This document shows positions 22,400 to 32,124 of a stretch of DNA of 64,000 nt, one piece after another (within the stretch, counting starts at the first letter, position 1; each line of letters starts with the position of its first letter). The stretch lies in NCBI GenBank assembly GCA_963828255.1, contig CAWHDZ010000030.1:142574-206573 (forward strand), in the 5' to 3' direction. The notes under the pieces were generated by a model. That model saw only the letters and a list, made by a program, of their open reading frames with translations, was not told the DNA's origin and made no database searches. The stretch is from an uncultured delta proteobacterium. Its GTDB lineage: Bacteria > Myxococcota > Myxococcia > Myxococcales > Anaeromyxobacteraceae. Both the position numbers and the translations under genes were made by a program.

Positions 22400-23959
22400 G
22401 TGCGTTTCACCTGCCAGAGCTGTGGCCGTGCCTACGCCGTCGCCGGCGAGCTGGCCGGTCGCTCCTTCAAGATGAAGTGCAAGAGCTGCGGTCACATGAT
22501 CGTGGTGCGCCCCTCCACGCCCGCCGAGGGGGCTCCGCCGTCCCCGCCTCCGTCCCAGCCACCCACTCCGAGGGCCGAGCCGCCGGCCGAGCGCCATCCC
22601 CTCTCGACCCCGCTCGTCGAGGTCGCGGGGGCTGCCGGGGTCGTCATCACTCCCCACCCGCCGCCGCTTTCGGACTTCACCCCGACACCCCCGCCGGTGC
22701 AGCCGCCTACGCCGGGCGCCGCACCGCCGGTCGCCGCCGCGCCGAAGCCGGTTCTTCCCACGGTCATCGACGACGGGAACGATCCGTTCTCTGGGCTCAT
22801 GGAGCTGAAGACCGCGGAGCTGCAGCTGCTCCGCCGCGCCGCCACCCCGGAGCCACCTCCCGCGCCGCCACCTCCGGCGGAAGCCCCTCCCGAACCCCCT
22901 CCGGCCCGCGCCGAGGCCGCCCCGAAGCCCTCACCCGGCGCTGCGGAGAAGTCCGCGACCAAGCCCGCCCCCGACACGGCTCCCGCGCCTCCCGAGGGGC
23001 CTCGTCGGGTGATCGCGCTCCCGCCTCCGCGCTTCTCGCCGCTCCAGGTCGCGGTGGCGGTCGTGGCGGTGCTCCTCATCGTCGCCGCTGCCGGGTACTG
23101 GTTCGTCGCGGGCAAGAAGGAGCCCGCCAACCGCACCGCGGCATCCCCGGTCGAGGCGCCGCAGCCCGAAGCGGCCGCCCCGGCGATCCCTTCCGCCGGA
23201 AATGCGCCGGAGCCCGCCGCGCCCGCTCCCCAGCCGGCGCCCCAGCCGGCGAGGGTCGAGGCGCCCCCGCCTCCGGCGCCAGCCGAGCCCAGGGCGTCCC
23301 CTGCTCGCGCCGAACGGGCGCCGCCCACCCGGGGCGCGGCGCCAGCCCCCGAGCCCTTGCTGCCGCCGACCGCCTCGCTCCCCGCCACCGCGCCCCCGGC
23401 GCGCACCGAGCCCAGGCCCGAGCCCAGGCCGGAACCAGCTCGCGAGGTCAGGCCTCCACCGGTGGCCGCGACCGTAGCCGCACCGTCGATCCCGGCCCAG
23501 GCAGCCGCCCCGCCCCCCGCGAATCCGCCCGTGGAGGCGGCCCCGCCCCCGGATCCCGTCGCGGCCCCGCCCCAGGTCGCAGCCCCGGTCCCCGTCCCGG
23601 CCGCCACGCAGCCTGCCGCCACGCAGCCGGCGCCCCCGGCCGAGTCCGCGGCGGACGGTCCGCGCTACGTGGGCGACGGATTCCTCTCGCCGAAGCTCAT
23701 CAGCCGGACCTGCATCTCGGAGAACCTCCGGCTCCCCGCCCAGCTGACGGGCGCCGTTCCGGACACGGTCACCGCGCGGATCGCGGTCTCCGCGACGGGG
23801 CAGCCGTCGGCAGTCCAGGTGATGGGACAGGTCGCCGACCCCCGGATCTCCGAGGCGGTCCGGCGCGCCGTGCAGGCCTGCGACTGGGTCCCGGGAGCGG
23901 ACGCAGAGGGCAAGCCCACCGCGCTCTGGGTGGTGCTGCCCATCCGGCTCACGCAGTAG
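22400..23959 (+). CDS. Zinc-ribbon / Pro-rich / TM / TonB C-terminal protein (AgmX/PglI-like architecture)
   Basis: N-terminal CQSC..CKSC, one TM, long Pro/Ala linker, C-terminal TonB_C-like fold. Confidence 0.72.
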   Translation: MRFTCQSCGRAYAVAGELAGRSFKMKCKSCGHMIVVRPSTPAEGAPPSPPPSQPPTPRAEPPAERHPLSTPLVEVAGAAGVVITPHPPPLSDFTPTPPPVQPPTPGAAPPVAAAPKPVLPTVIDDGNDPFSGLMELKTAELQLLRRAATPEPPPAPPPPAEAPPEPPPARAEAAPKPSPGAAEKSATKPAPDTAPAPPEGPRRVIALPPPRFSPLQVAVAVVAVLLIVAAAGYWFVAGKKEPANRTAASPVEAPQPEAAAPAIPSAGNAPEPAAPAPQPAPQPARVEAPPPPAPAEPRASPARAERAPPTRGAAPAPEPLLPPTASLPATAPPARTEPRPEPRPEPAREVRPPPVAATVAAPSIPAQAAAPPPANPPVEAAPPPDPVAAPPQVAAPVPVPAATQPAATQPAPPAESAADGPRYVGDGFLSPKLISRTCISENLRLPAQLTGAVPDTVTARIAVSATGQPSAVQVMGQVADPRISEAVRRAVQACDWVPGADAEGKPTALWVVLPIRLTQ

Positions 23960-23979
23960 GGACCAGCCCGCCCGTACCC

Positions 23980-24423
23980 TCAGCGGACCGGCAGCACCTT
24001 GCGCATCTTGACGTGCGGGACGCCCTCCTCGAGGAAGGTCTCTCCCTCGGCGACGTAGCCGCGCCGGGTGTAGAACCCCACCGCCGGCAACTGGGAGTGA
24101 ACCACCACCTCCCGCAGGCCGCGCAGCTCCGCCATCCGCTCCAGGGCCTCCAGCACGGCGCCGCCCACGCCCGCACCCCGCTGCGTGGGCGACGTGGCCA
24201 TGCGCCCGATCTGGCAGGTCCGGGTGTCGAGCCGGACGGCGCGGCCGGTGCCCACGCAGGCGCCACCCTCGTCGAAGACCACCGCGTGATCGGCGTTGAA
24301 GTCGTAGGCGTCCCGGTCGAGAGGACGCGGCACCCCCTGCTCCACCTCGAAGACGAGGCGGCGCAGCTCGTAGGCGAGGTCTCGATCCTGGGTCGTGGAG
24401 GCGAACCGGACGGTGTGGGCCAT
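23980..24423 (-). CDS. GNAT acetyltransferase (ElaA/YjcF-like)
   Basis: LRRLVFEVEQGVP, QRGAGVG, FYTRRGY, FLEEGVPHVKM. Confidence 0.88.
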   Translation of the reverse strand: MAHTVRFASTTQDRDLAYELRRLVFEVEQGVPRPLDRDAYDFNADHAVVFDEGGACVGTGRAVRLDTRTCQIGRMATSPTQRGAGVGGAVLEALERMAELRGLREVVVHSQLPAVGFYTRRGYVAEGETFLEEGVPHVKMRKVLPVR

Positions 24424-24497
24424 CCGGGATCCTTAACCGAAACCGGGTCGGTGATGCCAGGGGGGCGCACCGGACGCGGCCGTGCTACCAAGGCGGG

Positions 24498-25277
24498 ATG
24501 CAGCCCTGGGAGACGGTGGACCGCGCAAAGGTCGCCGGCGGCACCGAGCTCGTGCTGGCACGGCGGGGCGACGAGTGGGTGGTGCGCAACGACGGGCGCG
24601 TGCTCATGTCGAGCCGGCAGCACGGCTCGGAGGACGCGCTGGCGGCGCTGGCGCTCGAGAAGGTGGAACGCACCGGTGGCGCACGCACGGTGCTCATCGG
24701 CGGGCTCGGCCTGGGGTACACGCTGCGGGCCACCCTCGATCGCATCGGCCCTGAAGCCCGGGCCGTCGTCGCCGAGATCTCGCCGGAACTGGTGGGCTGG
24801 AACCGGGGGCCGGTGGCCCACCTGGCCGGGCGCCCCCTCGACGACCCACGCACGCGGCTTCAAGTGGGCGACGTGGTGTCTCGCATCGCCGAGGCCACGG
24901 GCGCCTTCGACGCCATCCTGCTCGACGTGGACAACAGCCCCTCCTCGATGGTGCTGGCCGGGAACGACCGGCTCTACGGCCCGAAGGGCGTGCGCGCCTG
25001 CGCCGCGGCGCTCTCCGCGGGAGGGGTGCTGGCGGTCTGGTCGGCCGGACCCGACGACCCGTATCTGGAGAGGCTCGAGAAGGCCGGCCTCCGGGCCCGC
25101 GCCGTCGTCGTCCCCGCCCGCGGCGTCGGCGGGGGCGGGGCGCGCCACGTCGTCTTCCTGGGAGTGAAGAAGGCGGCTAACCCTCGCCGCCCCGGAAGAG
25201 GCGAACCCCCAGCGCGAAGCCCGCCAGCCCCACGAGGACGAGCACCGCGAGCGGCGTCGCCATCTCGGCGGCGCTGA
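24498..25277 (+). CDS. Spermidine-synthase-like SAM-dependent transferase
   Basis: LMSSRQHGSE, VLIGGLGLG, FDAILLDVDN. Confidence 0.8.
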   Translation: MQPWETVDRAKVAGGTELVLARRGDEWVVRNDGRVLMSSRQHGSEDALAALALEKVERTGGARTVLIGGLGLGYTLRATLDRIGPEARAVVAEISPELVGWNRGPVAHLAGRPLDDPRTRLQVGDVVSRIAEATGAFDAILLDVDNSPSSMVLAGNDRLYGPKGVRACAAALSAGGVLAVWSAGPDDPYLERLEKAGLRARAVVVPARGVGGGGARHVVFLGVKKAANPRRPGRGEPPARSPPAPRGRAPRAASPSRRR

Positions 25278-26457
25278 AGCCGCGCCAGGTCGCCCCCTCC
25301 AGCGCCACGATCCCCCACTTCACCGGGGAGAGGTTGCTCACCGTCTGCATCCAGGAGGGCATGACGAAGAGCGGGATCATGCCGCCGCCGAACATGGAGA
25401 GCGGCATCATGATGGCCCAGCCCAGGCCGCCGGCCGACTGCTCCGTCTTCCCCAGCACCGCCACCGTCATCATGATCCCCACGAAGCAGGCCGCGACCGA
25501 GAGCGTCGCCGCGGCGAGCAGGAGCCAGGATGCCGGGCGGATCCCGAAGAAGGCCACCCCGAGCAGGAGCAGCATCGACTCCACCGCGGCGATGGCGACG
25601 AAGCAGGCGAGCGCCTTTCCCACCAGCACGTCGAGCCGGGAGAGCGGCGAGGTCTCGAGCCGCAGCAGCGTCCCGCGGGTCCGCTCGGTGACGAGGGAGA
25701 GGGCGAAGCCCAGGGCGCTCCCGATGACGCCCCAGAGGATCCCCTGCGGGAAGGTGAAGTCGAAGGCGGATCGCGGCCCGACCTTCTCCCGGCGCACCTC
25801 GCGCCGCTCGATCTCGAGCGGCTTCCAGCCCGGGCCCGCTCCCTCGCCGGCCTGCGCCTGACGGGGACGCTCCACGAAGCTGCGCAGCTCGCCCAGGAAC
25901 TTCCGCGTGGAGTCGCGCCCCTCCGAGTCGGAAGCCGATCCCAGGTCCGCGATGGACCGGTCCACCATGCCGATGGTCTTCGACGGATCGGTGAAGAGTT
26001 CCTGCATCGACTGCATCGCGGCGCCGGTGAGGATCCCCTCGATCATCGCCCCCTCGGCGGTGCGCGCCGGGTCCACCTCGAGCTCGAGCTTCCGCGGGGC
26101 CCCGTGGAAGAGCCGGCCGGCGGCCTCGCCGTAGCCCGGAGGCACGATCACCGCCGCCGAGCGCTTGCCCTGCCGGACGAGGCGCGTGGCCTCCTCGCGC
26201 GGAGCGGCCGTGATCTCGAGCCCGGCGGTGGCGGTGAGCCGGGCGACGAGACGGGCAGATTCGCCGGTGCGGTCCTCGTCCACGACCACGACCGGGATCC
26301 GCCCCTTCTCCCCGCCGCCCCCGAAGACGTAGCCGAAGAAGAGGGCCATGAGGACCGGCCAGGCCAGCGCGAAGAAGAGCGTGGCCCGGTTGCGGGAGAG
26401 CAGGCGCAGGTCCTTGCCGGCGAGCGCCAGGACGGCGCGGGTGCGGGAGGCGCTCAT
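25177..26457 (-). CDS. ABC-2 type exporter permease
   Basis: ATG at 26457 coupled to the ATPase stop; ERTRGTL.RL..SP motif; 6 TMs with a large periplasmic loop. Confidence 0.88.
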   Translation of the reverse strand: MSASRTRAVLALAGKDLRLLSRNRATLFFALAWPVLMALFFGYVFGGGGEKGRIPVVVVDEDRTGESARLVARLTATAGLEITAAPREEATRLVRQGKRSAAVIVPPGYGEAAGRLFHGAPRKLELEVDPARTAEGAMIEGILTGAAMQSMQELFTDPSKTIGMVDRSIADLGSASDSEGRDSTRKFLGELRSFVERPRQAQAGEGAGPGWKPLEIERREVRREKVGPRSAFDFTFPQGILWGVIGSALGFALSLVTERTRGTLLRLETSPLSRLDVLVGKALACFVAIAAVESMLLLLGVAFFGIRPASWLLLAAATLSVAACFVGIMMTVAVLGKTEQSAGGLGWAIMMPLSMFGGGMIPLFVMPSWMQTVSNLSPVKWGIVALEGATWRGFSAAEMATPLAVLVLVGLAGFALGVRLFRGGEG

Positions 26458-27302
26458 TCGTCGCGCAGCCTCCGGCCGGTGAGGTGGAGGAAGACCGCCT
26501 CGAGGTCGGCCCGCTCGACGCGAAAGTCCTCCACGCGCCCGGCGGCCAGGATCCGGGACAGCTCGCCGGCCGGGTCGCGGGTGGAGATGCGCCGTTCCAC
26601 GCCCCCCTCGACCACCACCAGCGTCGGGTCGCCCCCGTGGCGGGAGACCAGGTCGGACACCGTGCCGAGCGCCAGCATCCGCCCTTGGTCCACGATGGCG
26701 ATGCGGTCGCAGATGCGGGCCGCCTCGTCCATGTAGTGGGTGGTGTAGACGACCGCCCGGTCCGCTCCGCGCAGCTCGACCACGCGGTCCAGGATGGCGT
26801 TGCGCGACTGGGGGTCCACGCCCACGGTTGGCTCGTCGAGCAGGATGAGGGCCGGGTCGTGGACCAGCGCAGCCGCCATGTTGAGCCGCCGCTTCATGCC
26901 CCCGGAGAGCGCGGCGGTCCTGTCGCGGCGGCGGTCGGCGAGCGCGGCGAAGTCGAGGGCCCATTCGACGCGTCCCGCGAGGGCCGCCCCGGAAAGTCCC
27001 TGGACGCGCCCGAAGAATCTGAGATTTTCTTCGGGAGTGAGCGCCTCGTAGAGTGCGATGGCCTGCGGCGCGACGCCGAGCATCCCTCGGACGGCCGAAT
27101 TCCGCGGAGATCCGCGCCCGTCCACGTCCACCTCGCCCCGATCCGGGTCGAGGAGCCCCACCGCCATGTGGATGGTGGTGCTCTTTCCCGCCCCGTTGGG
27201 GCCGAGCAGGCCCAGGATCTCCCCGCGCCGGACCTCGAGCGAGAGCCCGTCGACCGCGACCCGCTCGCCGAACCGCTTGTGGAGGTCGCGGAGGGCAAGC
27301 AC
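26454..27302 (-). CDS. ABC transporter ATP-binding protein
   Basis: GPNGAGKST, LSGGMKRR, LLDEPT, TTHY. Confidence 0.94.
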   Translation of the reverse strand: MLALRDLHKRFGERVAVDGLSLEVRRGEILGLLGPNGAGKSTTIHMAVGLLDPDRGEVDVDGRGSPRNSAVRGMLGVAPQAIALYEALTPEENLRFFGRVQGLSGAALAGRVEWALDFAALADRRRDRTAALSGGMKRRLNMAAALVHDPALILLDEPTVGVDPQSRNAILDRVVELRGADRAVVYTTHYMDEAARICDRIAIVDQGRMLALGTVSDLVSRHGGDPTLVVVEGGVERRISTRDPAGELSRILAAGRVEDFRVERADLEAVFLHLTGRRLRDE

Positions 27303-27413
27303 CGGGCCATCCTAGGGAAGGGGCGGGGGCGGGGCAACGCCGCGCCACCCGTTCGTGTCGTTTCGTTAAGCGGAGACGGCGTGTCCGCCGGTCGGATACA
27401 TTCGGGTGGCGCC

Positions 27414-27845
27414 ATGCTCACCAGCTCGCCCAGGATCATGGTCGTGGACGACCTCGTCGATCACCGCGAACTGCTCTCGCAGGTGCTGGTGGACCTCGGT
27501 TACGCGGTCGACACCGTCGGTGACGCCCACACCGCGCTCGACGCTATCCGGCGCGGTCCGCGGCCCCAGCTCGTCCTGGTGGACTTCTGGATGCCGGGCA
27601 TGGGCGGCAACCAGTTCCTCGCCATCCTGCGCGCCGACTCCGATCCCGAGCTGTCGCGCATTCCCGTCGTGGTCATGACCGCCGACGCCGACGGGGTGGC
27701 CGAGCTGCTCGCGTCGACACCCCCCGACTTCCTCCTCGAGAAGCCCTTCGGCCTGCGGGAGCTCCGGCGCGTGGTGGTCCGCTTCTGCGGCCAGGGCGCG
27801 GGAACCCACCGCTGGGGCGCCTCGACGAATCACGATCCGGCGTAG
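27414..27845 (+). CDS. Single-domain response regulator
   Basis: IMVVDD, LVDFWMP, MTA, EKPF. Confidence 0.85.
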   Translation: MLTSSPRIMVVDDLVDHRELLSQVLVDLGYAVDTVGDAHTALDAIRRGPRPQLVLVDFWMPGMGGNQFLAILRADSDPELSRIPVVVMTADADGVAELLASTPPDFLLEKPFGLRELRRVVVRFCGQGAGTHRWGASTNHDPA

Positions 27846-28597
27846 CCCGCGGCCCGGTACACCATCCGTCCGGCCAGCTCCCGCAAGGCAGCGGTGCTCC
27901 GCTCGAGCGACTCCACCCGCGGCAGCCAGCCGCCGTCCTTGATTCCGTACCGGTGGTCCACCGGCAGGACGTCCACCTCGAGACCGGCCCTGCGGAAGGC
28001 GGCCGCGGCCCGGGGCATGTGCATGGCGCTGGTGACGAGGAGCAGCGTCTTCCACCCCCGCTCCCGGACGACGACGGCGCTCCGCTCGGCGTTCTCCCGC
28101 GTGTTCCGGCTCTCGCGCTCGAGCACCACCCGATCCCCCGGCACGCCGAGACGAAGGTAGAGCGAGGCGCCCCAGTCGGCCTCGACCGGCTCGCCGGGCA
28201 CGGGGCCGCCGGCGGAGAGCAGGAGGTTCCGCACGCGCCCGGAGCGGAACAGCTCGTACCCGGTCACGACCCGGTCGCCTCCGGCGTTCAGCTCGATTCC
28301 CCCGCTCCCCCTCGACGCGGCGGGGTCGATGCCCCCGCCCAGCACGATGGCCGCGTCGTAGACCACCTCGGGGCGCAGCGTCGATCGCACCCCGGCCTCG
28401 GCGTGCCGGCTGAGCGCGTTGGCCACCGGCTCGACCGAGAAGACCCAGAGCACCGCGCCCGCCGCGGCGACGAGCCACGCCCCGGCGGGGCGCCTCCGGG
28501 AGAGCAGGCCGGCCAGGACGAGGAGCAGCGTCCAGGTGAGCGGGGCGAGGAGGAGGTCGAGGACCTTGGAGAGGAGGTAGAACACCGAATGGATCAT
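27830..28597 (-). CDS. YdcF/ElyC-family (DUF218) protein
   Basis: AIVLGGG, ERESRNTRENA, LVTSAMHMPRA. Confidence 0.88.
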   Translation of the reverse strand: MIHSVFYLLSKVLDLLLAPLTWTLLLVLAGLLSRRRPAGAWLVAAAGAVLWVFSVEPVANALSRHAEAGVRSTLRPEVVYDAAIVLGGGIDPAASRGSGGIELNAGGDRVVTGYELFRSGRVRNLLLSAGGPVPGEPVEADWGASLYLRLGVPGDRVVLERESRNTRENAERSAVVVRERGWKTLLLVTSAMHMPRAAAAFRRAGLEVDVLPVDHRYGIKDGGWLPRVESLERSTAALRELAGRMVYRAAGYAGS

Positions 28598-28631
28598 AGC
28601 CCCACCGGCGGTGGCCGCTAAGATGTGGCGC

Positions 28632-29842
28632 ATGAGCAGACCCGCCGCCGGGGGCCCTCGCGGCGCCTTCCAGAGCTTCTTCCACTCCGAGGCCTCGGGG
28701 AGCGTCCTGCTCCTCCTCTTCACCGGGGCGGCGCTCCTCTGGGCCAACTCTCCCTGGACCGCGTCCTACGAGCGCATGCGGCACGCGCCCATCGGGGTCA
28801 GCGTCGCTGGATGGGACTTCTCCATGTCGGCGGCCCACTGGGTCAACGACGGCCTGATGGCGATCTTCTTCTTCGTGGTCGGGCTGGAGATCAAGCGCGA
28901 GCTCTCGGTGGGCGCGCTCTCCACCTTCCGGAGCGCGCTCCTCCCGGTGGCGGCGGCGCTGGGCGGACTGGCGGCGCCGGCCCTGATCTACGCGGCGCTC
29001 AACGCCGGGGGCCCGGGGCGGCGGGGTGGGGCGTGCCCATGGCCACCGACATCGCCTTCGCGCTGGGTGTGCTGGCGCTGCTGGGGCCGCGGGTGCCGCT
29101 GGGGCTCAAGATGTTCCTGACCGCGCTGGCCATCGCCGATGACCTGGGGGCCGTGCTGGTCATCGCCGCCTTCTACACCGAGCGCATCAACCCGGTCGCT
29201 CTGGCCGTGGCGGCCGGGAGCCTGGGACTGCTCTACCTGGCCACCCGGCTCTCGGTGCGCCGGTACGGGGCCTATTTCCTGCTCGCCTTCGCGGTGTGGG
29301 CCGCCACGCTCGCCTCCGGCGTCCACGCCGCCGTGGCCGGGATCCTGATCGCGCTGACCGTGCCGGTGCGATCCGGCATCGAGCCCGGCGCCTTCCTGGC
29401 CACCCTGCGCGGGAGGCTCCAGGAGCTGGAGCGGGGAACCCTGACCCGCGAGAGCACGGTGCACCACCCGGAGCAGATGGCGGCCGTCGAGGAGATCGGG
29501 ATCGCCACGCTCGACTTCCTTCCCAACGGCTTCGCGATCGAGCGCTACCTCCACCCCTTCACGGCCTTCTTCGTGCTGCCGGTCTTCGCCCTCTTCAACG
29601 CCGGGGTGCGGCTCGACGGACGGATCCAGGAGACGCTGCTCCAGCCGGTCAGCCTGGGCGTCGTCCTCGGGGGCATCGGCTTCACCATGTCGATCTTCGT
29701 GGCCGGCCTGGCCTTCCCGGAGGGACCGCTGCTCGCCGCGGCGAAGCTCGGCATCCTGGCCGCCTCCTCCGTCTCGGGGGTGGTCGGCTTCGCCGTGCTG
29801 AAGGCCATCCTGGCCCGGGCGCCCGACCCCAGTGCGCCGTGA
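28632..29842 (+). pseudogene. nhaA: Na+/H+ antiporter NhaA, frameshifted and internally deleted
   Basis: WVNDGLMAIFF..GLEIKRE in one frame; GWGVPMATDIAF and LAIADDLG in another (shift near 29020). LGVVLG joins directly to GIGFTMS, so the GK-containing helix is missing. Confidence 0.82.
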
Positions 29843-30258
29843 CCAACGAGCGCCCCGACCTCTGCGCCGCCTGCGGCGAATGCTGCCGGACGCGCCCCGG
29901 GGCGGAGGAGCCCGCCCGCTTCCTCGCCGCTCCCGACCCGGCCGGAGCCCTGGCGCGCGCGCTCCGGTCCGGCGACTGGGTGCTGGCCAGGCTCGCCGGC
30001 ATCCGCTACCCGCGCCCGGCCACGGTGGCGGAGCGGGCCGCCGGGACGGTTCATCGAGGCGCGGAGGCCTCCCCCTGCGTCTTCCTCGGGGAATCGGGGT
30101 GCAGGCTGCCCTTCGCGGACCGGCCCCGGATGTGCCGCGAGCTCGAGCCATGGGCGAACGGCGAATGCCAGGCCGGCTGGGACCTGCCCGAAGCCACCCG
30201 AGCGTGGGCTACCTGCCAGGGGCTTGTCGATGACGCACTACGGGTCACGAGCCCGTGA
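29839..30258 (+). CDS. YkgJ-like cysteine-cluster (Zn/Fe-chelating) protein
   Basis: GTG overlapping the nhaA stop; CAACGECC...CVFL..GC....RPRMC. Confidence 0.75.
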   Translation: MTNERPDLCAACGECCRTRPGAEEPARFLAAPDPAGALARALRSGDWVLARLAGIRYPRPATVAERAAGTVHRGAEASPCVFLGESGCRLPFADRPRMCRELEPWANGECQAGWDLPEATRAWATCQGLVDDALRVTSP

Positions 30259-32124
30259 AGAACCGCTCGTCTGCTGGCGCCGGCCGCCATCGTCCTCGCC
30301 GGCGCCCTCGCCTACGCGAGCGCCTTCCCGGGCGCCTTCGTCTTCGACGACGCCTTCAACGTGGCCGGGAACCGTGGGCTCGACCGGCTCCCCGACTTCC
30401 TTCCCGGCGGGCCGGGCTGGTCGGCCCAGCCCAACCGGGCCTTCACCTTCGCCACCTTCGCGCTCGACCGGGCCGTCGCCGGCAACGACCCAGGCTTCCA
30501 CCGCGCGGTGAACCTGGGCATCCACCTCGCCGCGGCGCTCCTCGTGTTCGCCCTGGCGGTGGCCGCCTTCCGGGCGCCCCGCCTGCGCGGCTCGGCGCTG
30601 GCGCCGGAGGCCTGGGCGGTCGGGCTCGTGGCCGGCCTGCTCTTCGTCGCCCACCCCGTCCAGACGCAGGCGGTGACCTACGTCGTGCAGCGGCTCACCT
30701 CGCTCGCGGCCCTCCTCTACCTCGCCTCGGCCCTGCTCTACCTCCGCTGGCGGGTCGCCCGGGAGGGGGGCGCCTCCGGATGGCGCTCCTGGATCCCCTA
30801 CGCCGGCGCCTTGCTCGCCGCCCTGCTCGCCATGCGGTCGAAGGAGATCGCCTTCACCCTGCCGGTGGCGCTGCTCCTCATCGAGGCGGCGCTCCTCGAC
30901 GGACCGTGGAGGCGGCGCCTCCTCGGCCTCGTTCCCTTCGCGGCGACCATGGTCCTCATCCCGGCGACGCTCCTCCTCGCGGCCGCGCCCTCCGGCGCAC
31001 CCCAGGTGAACCTGATCGAGCCCCTGCGCGTGCAGACCGACATGGCACGCCTCGACTACCTCCTCACCCAGGCCACGGTGGTGGTCCGCTACCTCGGCCT
31101 CCTCGTCCTGCCGGTGGGGCAGACCATCGACCACGACGTCCCGCTGCGGACGTCGCTCGCCGACCCGGCCGTGCTGGCCGCGGCCGCGGTCCTTCTCGCC
31201 CTGGCCGGCGCGGCCGTGGGCCTGCTCCTCGCCGCGTCGTCCCGACGGGCCCGCCCCGCCGACCCGGCACTCCGCCTCGCCGCCCTGGGGATCGGCTGGT
31301 TCTTCCTCGCGCTCTCGGTCGAGTCGAGCCTCATCCCCATCGTGGACCTCATGGTGGAGCACCGGGTCTACCTGCCCTTCGCCGGGCTCTCCCTCACGGT
31401 GGCCACGCTCCTGGCCCTGGGCGCGCGCCGCCTCGTCCCTGGCCGCGCGGCGGTGTTCACCTTTGGTGTAGGCCTGCTCCTCGCCGCCCTGCTGGGCGGG
31501 GCCACCTGGAAGCGGAACGGGGCCTGGGCGAGCGAGGTGGCGCTCTGGACCGACGCCGTGGAGAAGGCGCCGGCCAAGGCCCGCCCCCGCCACAACCTGG
31601 GCGTGGCCCTGAACGCGCTGGGGCGGCGCGCCGAGGCGATGACGCTCCTGCAGGAGGCCGTCCGGCTCGACCCGGGCTACGCCCAGGGGCACGACAGCCT
31701 GGGGGTCGCGCTCGCCGACGCGGGGCGCCCCGCCGAGGCCGAGGTCCACTTCCTCCGCGCCATCGAGCTCGACCCGAGGCTCGCCACCCCCTGGTTCGAC
31801 CTGGGGACCCTGCGCTTCGAGTCGGGGCGGTACGCCGAGGCCATCCCGCTCCTCGAGCAGGCCATCGCGCGCCACCCCGACCACTCCGCCGCCTACGCCA
31901 ACCTGGGCGCCTCCTGGAACGCCCTGGGGCGCCCGGCCGATGCGGTGCGGGTGCTGCAGGGGGCGCGGGAGGTCATCCGCGACAGCGCGCTCGCCCGCGC
32001 GCAGCTGGCGCTCGGGCTGGCCCAGCTCGGCGACCTGGCCGCCGCGCGGCGCGAGGCGGACGCCATCCGGCGCCTCTCGCCGGGAATCGCCGCCCAGGTC
32101 CAGCGTTACATCGAGACTCCATGA
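30255..32124 (+). CDS. TMTC-like membrane glycosyltransferase (GT-C) with C-terminal TPRs; start probably affected by a 1-nt shift
   Basis: The frame upstream of the tracked ORF carries TM1 and FVFDD; then HPVQTQAVTY, SKE, EHRVYLP and about 4 TPRs. Confidence 0.78.
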
